Shown here piece by piece: positions 32,927 through 40,284 of a stretch of DNA of 64,000 bases. The number at the start of each line of letters is the position of its first letter. The stretch's first letter is position 1. The position numbers and the translations under genes were made by a program. Source of the DNA: an uncultured Chroococcidiopsis sp. (GTDB lineage Bacteria > Cyanobacteriota > Cyanobacteriia > Cyanobacteriales > Chroococcidiopsidaceae); assembly GCA_964248365.1 (NCBI GenBank), contig CAXTYC010000021.1, positions 24,412 through 88,411 of the forward strand, in the 5' to 3' direction. Under the pieces are notes generated by a model. It worked only from the letters and a program-made list of their open reading frames with translations, had not been told where the DNA came from and searched no databases.

Positions 32927-34132
32927 CTAGAGTGAATAAACAGGTAAGGTGAAGTGAAAACAACTGCCACCATCACAGGTAGAATCTACCCAGATTTGCC
33001 CATAGTGCGCTCTAATAATCCTTTGGCATAAGGCTAGACCAATACCATAACCATCTTTAGCTTCATCTCGTTCTAGCCGAAATCGCTCTTCAAAGATGCG
33101 CTCGTGGTTTTCTTCAGGAATACCAAGACCAGTATCGCACACACTCACTTGCACTTTCTGGGTAGTACGGTGGAGACAGGAGAAGCGAATCGTGCCACCT
33201 GCGGGGGTATACTTGATTGCATTGTCCAGAAGGTTGATCAGCACTTGCCGCACTCGTTCATGATCGGCATAGACTAAGGGCAGATCGTTAGGGATATCTG
33301 ATTCTATGTGCAAAGATTTTGACATTGCGCGATCGCACACCTGAGCAAGTACATCTTGGTAGAGTGCAACTAATTCTAGCTTCTGGGGTTGAATTTGCAA
33401 TTGGGCGCTAGAACCACGAGCTACCTGCAAAAGCCCTGTGATCATGCGGTCAATGGTTTTAGCTTGAGTGCGGGCTTGTTTGAATAACTGGGCGGTTAAA
33501 GCTGGTGTGAGGGGTGATTTCCCTTTTGGAGATATTATATTTGTCTCTAAGGTTTCTATAGCGATCGAAACAGCGGTTAGAGGATTGCGTAGATCATGCG
33601 CCAACATCGAGATTACCTTGTCCTTGAACTGAAGCTGTTCAAGTAACTTCTCTTGTTCCCGTTTGAGGCGAAAAATTTCATCTGAAAGTTGAATCAGTTC
33701 AACAGAATCAGCAACAGAACGAATTGGAGGTTTGGTTGCAGAAGGGATACAATGCTCGTCCAAGCTTTCTGGTAGTTCATCGTTGGGTGATTGCAGTTGA
33801 TCTTCTACCACTTGTACCCAGCGGAACCACCAATTTTTTAATTGCTCGATTAAATTACTCCCAGCAAGTGTTTGCCTGGGTTCTGGATAGATTTTGATTA
33901 AAGCAGGTGTAGCCACCAGTTTAAATTGTTCCGCTAAATAAGGCTGTTCCCCCACATCGACAATCTGCAACTCAAATGGGTAGTCAGCCTGTAAATCATT
34001 TAGGTAACGGCGAATTTGCTGAACTTGTTGTCGGGAACTTGGACGTTCATCGACAAACAGTAACAGCTGAAGCTTAGCTTCAGAAGACGTTGGCTGTTGA
34101 GAAAAAACCTGCATCCAATCTTGTTTCAGCAC
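32927..34132 (-). CDS. sasA: Circadian clock output histidine kinase SasA
   Basis: N-terminal KaiB-like domain (LQLLLFVD...[18 protein letters not shown]), HDLRNPLT H-box, HATPase. Confidence 0.9.
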   Translation of the reverse strand: MLKQDWMQVFSQQPTSSEAKLQLLLFVDERPSSRQQVQQIRRYLNDLQADYPFELQIVDVGEQPYLAEQFKLVATPALIKIYPEPRQTLAGSNLIEQLKNWWFRWVQVVEDQLQSPNDELPESLDEHCIPSATKPPIRSVADSVELIQLSDEIFRLKREQEKLLEQLQFKDKVISMLAHDLRNPLTAVSIAIETLETNIISPKGKSPLTPALTAQLFKQARTQAKTIDRMITGLLQVARGSSAQLQIQPQKLELVALYQDVLAQVCDRAMSKSLHIESDIPNDLPLVYADHERVRQVLINLLDNAIKYTPAGGTIRFSCLHRTTQKVQVSVCDTGLGIPEENHERIFEERFRLERDEAKDGYGIGLALCQRIIRAHYGQIWVDSTCDGGSCFHFTLPVYSL

Positions 34133-34317
34133 GGGGAACCAACAGGTAACACTTGAAGAAAAGTAAAAACAGTCAATGCCGCTTAAATTAGCTTCCTCTT
34201 AAATTTAATATCAATTTTAGATTTTGCATACTATACTAACCTGCTAATACGCTATATTCCTCAGACTTATGTGAATTTGCGTTAGCGTAAGAATAATAGT
34301 ATATTTACTAAATTGTT

Positions 34318-35742
34318 GTGCTGTCCTCTAAAAGTGCTAAATTGATTAGTTTAGCCGTTTTACTGACTGCGTTGACTGCTTGTGCCAACAGTCCGAATGG
34401 CAAGAATCTTGAGCAAATCCTGGCTGCTGATCCCAAGCTGAAAGACAACCAGGTTTTTGGTACTTCTGGTGCAAGTGGGCAACCACAAGCAGTTCCTGCC
34501 AGTCCGCCATCAGGAACGCCAGCGAAGGTGGCACAGTTGCCAGCGGATTTCCCTAATGAAATTCCTAGATATCCCAATGCCCAGCTAAAGGAAGTAGCAC
34601 AACCAACAAGTCAAAACCCATCGGAAAATAATAATTCTGCGTCAACGAATCAATCTCAACAGACTCGTTGGGTTAGTTCTGATCCTAGTAACTTAATTCA
34701 GAGCTTTTATATACAACAGTTTCAGGCAAATAAGTGGGAGATTTTAAATCAACCAACCACCCAAACACAAACAAACACTATACAAGCTCGTCTGAATGAT
34801 TTGCACGTTACTGTATCAATCGTGCCAAATACAGGAACTGCAACTCGTCAACCTGGAGTAGTCACAGAATTTACCATTGGGTACAATCGCAACACACAAA
34901 CAGCCGCTTCTCCAACCGAACCTGGCGTTGTTGGTTCTACGCCGCAAATAGCAATCGAGCGATCGCCAGCATCTGAGAACCCACAGAGTACCACAACCAA
35001 CCCTATCACAGATCTAAACAATGCACCGCAAGAGTTGCGGCAATACATTATAGACTTAGCAACCTTGGGTGTCTTGCCCGAATCTACTGGCTCTAAAAGT
35101 AACAAAACTGACATAGTAAACTCTTTTGAGCCTGGTAAAACTATCAGCCGCCGTGAGTTTGCCCGTTTGCTAGTAGCGGCAAATAATCAAATTCACGCCA
35201 ACCGCCCATCCCTACAAATCCGTGCAGCATCACCAACAGCTCAGCCAGCTTTTGGGGATGTACCTACTACAGACCCAGATTTTCCAATAATTCAGGGATT
35301 AGCTGAAGCAGGCTTAATTCCCAGTCGCTTATCGGGAGATGCAACAGCGGTTTTGTTTCGTCCAGATACGCCCCTAACGCGAGAGCAGCTAATTCTCTGG
35401 AAAGTGCCTTTAGATACCCGTCAAGCCTTACCAAATGCTTCCGTAGAAGCTGTACGAGAATCTTGGGGCTTTCAGGATGTAGCTCGAATTGAGCCTACAG
35501 CATTACGAGCCGTCTTGGCAGATTTCCAAAATGGTGAACAGTCGAATATTCGCCGAGCGTTTGGGTATACAACGTTGTTTCAGCCAAAAAAACCAGTTAC
35601 AAGGGCAGAAGCAGCAGCAGCTGTTTGGTACTTTGGTAGTGCTGGGGAGGGAATATCTGCTAGGGAGGCTCTTGGGCTAAAACAGCAACCGAGTCAGCAA
35701 GAGCAACCAGCCGCTTCACCACAGCCATCAGCTACACCGTAG
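34318..35742 (+). CDS. S-layer homology (SLH) domain lipoprotein
   Basis: Lipobox LTAC; SLH-like FEPGKTISRREFA, FRPDTPLTREQ, FQPKKPVTRAEAA. Confidence 0.85.
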   Translation: MLSSKSAKLISLAVLLTALTACANSPNGKNLEQILAADPKLKDNQVFGTSGASGQPQAVPASPPSGTPAKVAQLPADFPNEIPRYPNAQLKEVAQPTSQNPSENNNSASTNQSQQTRWVSSDPSNLIQSFYIQQFQANKWEILNQPTTQTQTNTIQARLNDLHVTVSIVPNTGTATRQPGVVTEFTIGYNRNTQTAASPTEPGVVGSTPQIAIERSPASENPQSTTTNPITDLNNAPQELRQYIIDLATLGVLPESTGSKSNKTDIVNSFEPGKTISRREFARLLVAANNQIHANRPSLQIRAASPTAQPAFGDVPTTDPDFPIIQGLAEAGLIPSRLSGDATAVLFRPDTPLTREQLILWKVPLDTRQALPNASVEAVRESWGFQDVARIEPTALRAVLADFQNGEQSNIRRAFGYTTLFQPKKPVTRAEAAAAVWYFGSAGEGISAREALGLKQQPSQQEQPAASPQPSATP

Positions 35743-35755
35743 CTGGACTACGCCT

Positions 35756-35820
35756 GTACGGGCGGGTTTATCTCAAAATCTATGCCACCAACAAAATATG
35801 TTGGTTAAACCCGCCTCTAC
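35756..35820. repeat. REP-like palindromic repeat (GTAG/CGGGCGGGTTT...AAACCCGCCYCTAC family)
   Basis: Terminal inverted arms; same family as the copies at 38861-39094, 39522, 39745 and 56426. Confidence 0.8.
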
Positions 35821-35932
35821 GTTGGCTTTACAGAAGCTTCACATACTTATAGGACAATTATTTGATATCTTTAAACGTTAAAAGATTCAGTTAGTGCTTA
35901 TAAGTTTCAAAGTTTTTTTGGAAAAAATTAAT

Positions 35933-36871
35933 ATGAAAAAACAAATTGTCACTACAGGATTTGTTTTGTTTTCTTTCATGTTGCCACTCAAGGCAACGGC
36001 GGCGACTTTTAGTCAGATTTATGTTTTTGGTGACAGCCTTTCGGATACTGGTAATTCGTTCAACGCTACAGGAATTCCCCCTAGTCCACCCTACTTTCAA
36101 GGACGTTCTTCTAATGGTCCAGTTTGGTCAGAATATCTAGCAGATGATCTGGGATTAACCCCCCAGCAGCAAACTAATTATGCCTTTGGTGGGGCAAATA
36201 GTGGAAGCGATAACACTTTAGTTCCTGGGTTACAGGGTTTGCCTGGATTGCAGCAGCAAATTGATAGTTACAAAGCAACACATACGTCTGCTGATCCGAA
36301 TGCGCTATATGCACTCTGGGCTGGTGCGAATGATTATCTTAGTGGTAGTACCACTAACCCTGCTGTACCAGTTAATAATGTATCAACGGCAGTGAATTCG
36401 CTGGCAGACTTGGGCGCTAAAAATATCATGGTGCTTAACTTGCCAGATTTAGGAAAGCTTCCAGGGACAAGCGGTAATACTCAAGTTTCTAGTGGTCTTA
36501 GTGCTTTGTCACAGGCGCATAACCAGGGCTTAGCAGCTAACTTCAATTTGTTGAGCCAACAATCCAACGTTAACATTATACCTGTTGATGTTAATTCTTT
36601 ATTTGAGCAGGCGATCGCCCAACCGCAGCAATTCGGTTTCACCAATGTCACTAACTCTTGCCTGACTCAAACTGGTGTATGTAGTAATCCAGACGAATAT
36701 TTGTTCTGGGACAGCATTCATCCAACAACAGCTAGTCATGAACTAGTGGGAGATTTAGCCTTTTCATCTCTAGAGTCTAAAGCTGTTCCTGAACCTGCTG
36801 CTACTTTGGGTATATTGACAATAGGAAGTTTAGGTGTCTTAGCGCTGCACAAACGACGAGTAAAGGTTTAG
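35933..36871 (+). CDS. SGNH/GDSL hydrolase with PEP-CTERM sorting signal
   Basis: Signal peptide, FGDSLSD, GRSSNG, GANDY, FWDSIHPT, VPEP + TM + KRR; ATG at 35933. Confidence 0.9.
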   Translation: MKKQIVTTGFVLFSFMLPLKATAATFSQIYVFGDSLSDTGNSFNATGIPPSPPYFQGRSSNGPVWSEYLADDLGLTPQQQTNYAFGGANSGSDNTLVPGLQGLPGLQQQIDSYKATHTSADPNALYALWAGANDYLSGSTTNPAVPVNNVSTAVNSLADLGAKNIMVLNLPDLGKLPGTSGNTQVSSGLSALSQAHNQGLAANFNLLSQQSNVNIIPVDVNSLFEQAIAQPQQFGFTNVTNSCLTQTGVCSNPDEYLFWDSIHPTTASHELVGDLAFSSLESKAVPEPAATLGILTIGSLGVLALHKRRVKV

Positions 36872-36904
36872 TTGCAAGTGGCAATTAATGATATACCATA
36901 AAAA

Positions 36905-37012
36905 CGGCGGGTGCGGGACTTGAACCCGCAATCCCCAAGATGGTGGAGATGTTACCGATAACCCTAAATTCTTCGTCCCCTAAAGGCAAGGATTGAATCA
37001 GGGAACCCGCCA
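36905..37012 (-). ncRNA. tRNA-like / Y-RNA-like unit 0 (downstream of Ro gene; no D-arm, no encoded CCA)
   Basis: Minus strand: acceptor TGGCGGGT/ACCCGCCG, T-arm GCGGG-TTCAAGT-CCCGC, core CTTG-CCTTTAGGGG-ACGAAGAATTTAGGGTTATCG. Confidence 0.75.
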
Positions 37013-37129
37013 TATTTTAAGAAAGCAGGGGGATCTGGGGGAGCTGGGGTAGCTGGGGGAGAGTTATCAGTGACCAGTAACTCCTGACCAGTGACCCAAT
37101 CCCAACGCCTCTAGCCCCTAGCCCCTCTT

Positions 37130-38740
37130 TCAGAGTTCGTCTGTCGCCAGCATCTGGATAATGCGAGGTATGCCAGGATCGAACCCTCCCAAATCCCAAG
37201 AAAGTGGATCTTTTGGATCTACGGGGGTAATTTGGTAAGGTGCAAGGGTAACATACACCGCCTTGATGTTGGGATTCACTTTTTCGCGGTACTTTGCTAG
37301 TGCTTGACACGGATGTTGATAACTATTTCCCCAGCTTTCAGAATCAGTCCAGAAGCAGATGACATCTGCCTTGAACTTGTTGTTAATCATCCAGTCGTAA
37401 GCTACAGATGCATCTGTACCGCCGAAGTTTTGGTTACTAGCTTTCTTCACAGCTGAACTGAAACTATCTTTGCGGGTAATGCCCAAGTCGCGGAAGTCAG
37501 TAGCAAAACCACGAATTATATAGTTTTTCTCGGCTTTGGCTGTAGCAAGTGCCATTGTGGTAACAATCTCACAGCAACTAAGTCCTACTGACTGCACAAC
37601 GCCGCAAGACATTGAACCAGAGACATCAACAGCGTGCATAAACACTTTGCCTGTTGGTTCTACAACGTCGAAAGACATCTCTAGTGCTTTTTCGAGGATG
37701 TCCACGATGCGGGGTACTGGTGTCCAGGTTTTCTGGCTACGTCCTAGCTTACCGCCAGACTGATAAGTCTTGAGTGCCTTGAGGACATCAATAGGGTGAA
37801 TTCGCCCTTTACGCAGATGTTCTCTGTTGTTGAGGACAGATTCAACTCGATCTAAGTTGCCACACATATTTGCAACTTGCAATACACCTAGTTCAGTCAA
37901 GGAACCAAGGTTTCGTAGCATGGCCGTAATGGGCATTTCTAGAAATAGCAACTCCCAAGCCTGCTTGTCCATTTTAGCAACGGGTGCAGCCATTTCATGG
38001 GTTAAGCGTCCTTTGGCGATCGCTTCATGCACTTGATTCGGATTTCGCTTCAGCCACTCATACCACCAAATCTGCGCCAAAGCTTCATTTGGAATTTGGG
38101 CGGGTAATTCCTCCCAGCCTTTAATTACCCACTCAAATAGCTGTTGGTGATCATAGGTAGGTGGTTTGACATGGAACAAGCGCAAAGCATCGCGGTGGGA
38201 AAAGTCTAGACGTTGCTGATATTTCAACAACTGATAAGCCAAACCTTTGACATCTTCCCTTGATAACCAACTTTTACCCGCCTCCCGTACAATTTTGCCA
38301 AATCCGCGTAGAGATTTGGTGTAGTTCAGCCATTCGTAAAAGTGGATACCAGTACGGACAACTTGTGAGAAGATTTCGGTAAAAGCTTTTTTGGCTGCTG
38401 GGGAATCTCCCATCGATAGCAGTACTAAAGCGAATATCGGCGCACTGTTGTTAATGGCGCGTCCATCGCTAGCATAGAGGATTTCTTGGGCTACACGGGC
38501 AGGATCGAGAGCGATCGCTTCTCTTAAAACCGAGACAAAATCATCTGTTAATTCCTGTTTACCAGCGTAGTATGTGCTTTTTGCTGTACCAATCAATAAG
38601 CAGCGCCGCAGCATCTGCCATATACCAGCATCAAACATGAAACCGCCAGAACGTCCCTGGATCATTTCAGCTTCCCGTCCAGGGATGGGCTGAGTTTGGG
38701 GCATACCAGTATTTTTTTTATTGAAGAATTTGTAATTCAT
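37130..38740 (-). CDS. rsr: Ro60-like RNA-binding protein (TROVE + vWA domain)
   Basis: N-terminal PQTQPIPGREAEMIQGRSGGFMF, LRRCLLIGT..TYYA, MPITAMLRNLGSLT, IHPIDVL, vWA MIDAS AVDVSGSM, GGTDAS, WTDSE. The start is ATG 38740 (MNYKFF); the ORF-track extension to 38827 runs into RNA unit 1. Confidence 0.93.
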   Translation of the reverse strand: MNYKFFNKKNTGMPQTQPIPGREAEMIQGRSGGFMFDAGIWQMLRRCLLIGTAKSTYYAGKQELTDDFVSVLREAIALDPARVAQEILYASDGRAINNSAPIFALVLLSMGDSPAAKKAFTEIFSQVVRTGIHFYEWLNYTKSLRGFGKIVREAGKSWLSREDVKGLAYQLLKYQQRLDFSHRDALRLFHVKPPTYDHQQLFEWVIKGWEELPAQIPNEALAQIWWYEWLKRNPNQVHEAIAKGRLTHEMAAPVAKMDKQAWELLFLEMPITAMLRNLGSLTELGVLQVANMCGNLDRVESVLNNREHLRKGRIHPIDVLKALKTYQSGGKLGRSQKTWTPVPRIVDILEKALEMSFDVVEPTGKVFMHAVDVSGSMSCGVVQSVGLSCCEIVTTMALATAKAEKNYIIRGFATDFRDLGITRKDSFSSAVKKASNQNFGGTDASVAYDWMINNKFKADVICFWTDSESWGNSYQHPCQALAKYREKVNPNIKAVYVTLAPYQITPVDPKDPLSWDLGGFDPGIPRIIQMLATDEL

Positions 38741-38744
38741 TTGC

Positions 38745-38770
38745 TTTTCTCGTCCCTTTCGGGCAAAAAT
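38745..38770 (-). promoter_or_regulatory. Ro-binding-like hairpin in the 5' leader of the Ro gene
   Basis: Minus strand ATTTTTG-CCC-GAAA-GGG-ACGAGAAAAG then CAAATG; same architecture as CTTG-CCT-GCAA-AGG-ACGAAG in the array units. Confidence 0.6.
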
Positions 38771-38775
38771 GAAAG

Positions 38776-38931
38776 ATGGCAGGGCAGGAATTGAACCCGC
38801 GACCAGTGGATTAACGATAACCCTCAATTCTTCGTCCTTTGCAGGCTAGGTTGTGAACTAGTAGGGGCGGGTTTAAGAAAAATACTTGTAGCCACACAGA
38901 AAATTCAGCCAAACCCGCCCCTACCTGCCAC
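38776..38931 (-). ncRNA. tRNA-like / Y-RNA-like unit 1 (D-arm region occupied by a REP hairpin; no encoded CCA)
   Basis: Acceptor GTGGCAGG/CCTGCCAT, T-arm GCGGG-TTCAATT-CCTGC, core CTAG-CCT-GCAA-AGG-ACGAAGAATTGAGGGTTATCG. Confidence 0.65.
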
Positions 38932-39094
38932 ATGAATGGTTTTGTATAGGGGTGGGTTTAATAGAGATATCTGTAGCCACACAGAAAATTCAGCCAAACT
39001 CGCCCCTACCTGCCACATGAATGGTTTTGTGTAGGGGTGGGTTTAATAGAGATATCTGTAGCTACACAGAAAATTCAGCCAAACCCGCCCCTAC
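38861..39094. repeat. Tandem repeat, 85-bp period (2.75 copies), of a REP hairpin plus the 5' end of unit 1
   Basis: Units start at 38861, 38946 and 39031; each is (G/A)TAGGGG(C/T)GGGTTT...AAAC(C/T)CGCCCCTAC, the first two followed by CTGCCACATGAATGGTTTTGT. Confidence 0.85.
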
Positions 39095-39112
39095 AGGGTT
39101 TTGGAAATAACT

Positions 39113-39285
39113 TGGTGTAGCGGGGCGGGATTTGAACCCGCGACCTCTCGAACCCTAATCGATAACCCTCATTCTTCGTCCTTTGCAGGCTAGGGAGCGA
39201 GTTTGCGGTGTAGCTGTGCTTCCCGCAAAACTCGCGTGGTGAACAAGGATGTTTTAGCGCTCTACCAAACTGAGCTACCCGCCAC
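39113..39285 (-). ncRNA. tRNA-like / Y-RNA-like unit 2 (class I-type D-arm, encoded ACCA)
   Basis: GTGGCGGG-TA-GCTC-AGTTTGGTA-GAGC D-arm; T-arm GCGGG-TTCAAAT-CCCGC; 3' CCCGCTAC-ACCA; core CTAG-CCT-GCAA-AGG-ACGAAGAATGAGGGTTATCG. Confidence 0.85.
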
Positions 39286-39363
39286 ATAACAATTTTGGAT
39301 GTGTAGATTTTGGATTGAATTTCTCGCTACGATGCGATCGCCTAATAGTAAGTTGAAGGAATT

Positions 39364-39508
39364 TGGTGTGGCGAGGCGGGATTCGAACCCGCGATCAAGT
39401 TTCCTCGATACTGCTTTTCGATAACCCTCAATTCGTCGTCCTTTGCAGGCAAGGTATGAATAAAGGATGTTTTGAAGTTGCGCTTTCAACCACTCAGCCA
39501 CTCGCCAC
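39364..39508 (-). ncRNA. tRNA-like / Y-RNA-like unit 3 (class II, Ser-like D-arm and long variable arm, encoded ACCA)
   Basis: Perfect acceptor GTGGCGAG/CTCGCCAC-ACCA; D-arm GCT-GAGTGGTTGAA-AGC; variable arm ATCGAG-GAAA-CTTGAT; T-arm GCGGG-TTCGAAT-CCCGC; core CTTG-CCT-GCAA-AGG-ACGACGAATTGAGGGTTATCG. Confidence 0.85.
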
Positions 39509-39521
39509 ATGGATTGTTTTT

Positions 39522-39585
39522 GTAGGGGCGGGTTTAATAGGGATCTGTGCGGTTACACAGAAAATTTAGAAAAACCTACCCTTAC
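39522..39585. repeat. REP-like hairpin in the spacer between units 4 and 3
   Basis: GTAGGGGCGGGTTT...AAACCTACCCTTAC. Confidence 0.75.
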
Positions 39586-39599
39586 AGGGTTTTGAATTA

Positions 39600-39731
39600 T
39601 GGTGTGGCAGGGCAGGAGTTGAACCTGCGACTTTTCGGTAAAAACCGACTACTCTTACCGATAACCCTCAATTCTTCAGCCTTTTCAGACAAGTTAGCGA
39701 TCAAGGGATTTGCTACTGAGTTACCCGCCAC
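39600..39731 (-). ncRNA. tRNA-like / Y-RNA-like unit 4 (degenerate D-arm, encoded ACCA)
   Basis: GTGGCGGG/CCTGCCAC-ACCA; T-arm GCAGG-TTCAACT-CCTGC; variable hairpin TCGGT-TTTT-ACCGA; degenerate core CTTGTCTGAAAAGGCTGAAGAATTGAGGGTTATCG. Confidence 0.8.
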
Positions 39732-39744
39732 ATAAATTGCTTTT

Positions 39745-39809
39745 GTCGCGGCGGGTTTAATAGGGATATCTGCGGTTACACAGACAATACCCGAAAAACC
39801 CGCACAGAC
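39745..39809. repeat. Diverged REP-like hairpin in the spacer between units 5 and 4
   Basis: GTCGCGGCGGGTTT...AAACCCGCACAGAC. Confidence 0.7.
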
Positions 39810-39827
39810 AGGGTTTTGAAAATAATT

Positions 39828-39973
39828 TGGTGTAGCAGGGCGGGATTTGAACCCGCGTCTCCCGCGTGATAGGCGATAACCCTCAACTCTTCGTCCCTTA
39901 GGGGTCGTCCCGTTTGGGCAAGGTTTGAATCAAGGATGTTTTTGGTGTTCTGAGCCTCTAAACTACCTGCCAC
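39828..39973 (-). ncRNA. tRNA-like / Y-RNA-like unit 5 (first in the array, encoded ACCA, duplicated Ro-like hairpin)
   Basis: GTGGCAGG/CCTGCTAC-ACCA; D-arm GTTT-AGAGGCTCA-GAAC; T-arm GCGGG-TTCAAAT-CCCGC; 11-bp stem ATCCTTGATTC/GAGTTGAGGGT. Confidence 0.85.
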
Positions 39974-40140
39974 ATAATTTTTTAACCCAAGTTGAATCTA
40001 TAAGGACTTACGCTATTTACTCCGATTAAATAGTTAGCTTTCCTATAAATTTGATATCTATTTGTTGGCTGGTTGGTCATCGGTGTAACTGCGTAAATCA
40101 TGTCTACAAAACTGATAATTTGTCTTCATGACATCTTGTA

Positions 40141-40193
40141 CTTGGGGAGGTTCTACCTCCCCAAGCTAGTTCCCAGGCTGAGCCTGGGAACTA
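40141..40193. repeat. Two adjacent palindromes between the nucleotidyltransferase gene and the RNA array
   Basis: CTTGGGGAGG-TTCTA-CCTCCCCAAG and TAGTTCCCAGGC-TGA-GCCTGGGAACTA. Confidence 0.6.
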
Positions 40194-40284
40194 TAAGAGC
40201 TAGGCTCAAACGAGGTTCTCTACTAGTGCAAGACTAGAAGAAGTGATTGGTGAATTGCTTTGTATTATTAATGTAGTATATGTA

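Noticed and set aside
38741..38827. N-terminal extension of the TROVE ORF (MRVIVNPLVAGSIPALP...)
   Set aside because: It is translated T-arm and acceptor sequence of unit 1; ATG 38740 is the plausible start.
38815..39896. CRISPR array (recurrent ~23-bp motif, or the 85-bp tandem repeat)
   Set aside because: Spacing is irregular and about 215-345 bp, the intervening sequences are homologous and structured rather than unique spacers, and no cas genes are in the window.
39113..39973. Array units as ordinary tRNA genes or intron-containing tRNAs
   Set aside because: No 7-nt anticodon loop on a 5-bp stem can be formed. The inserts are far too short for group I introns, all share one conserved Y-RNA-like core, and the acceptor stems are 8 bp.
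39113..39973. Classical YrlA topology formed across neighbouring units (3' half of one unit pairing with the 5' half of the next)
   Set aside because: Partly possible by sequence, but unit 3's acceptor change is compensatory within the unit, cross-pairing of unit 4 with unit 3 gives a mismatch, and isolated unit 0 folds on its own.
39075..39973. Short ORFs 39075-39287, 39262-39510, 39363-39569, 39547-39735 and 39776-39973
   Set aside because: They overlap the tRNA-like units; the shared MWRVA starts merely reflect the ATGTGGCG acceptor sequence.
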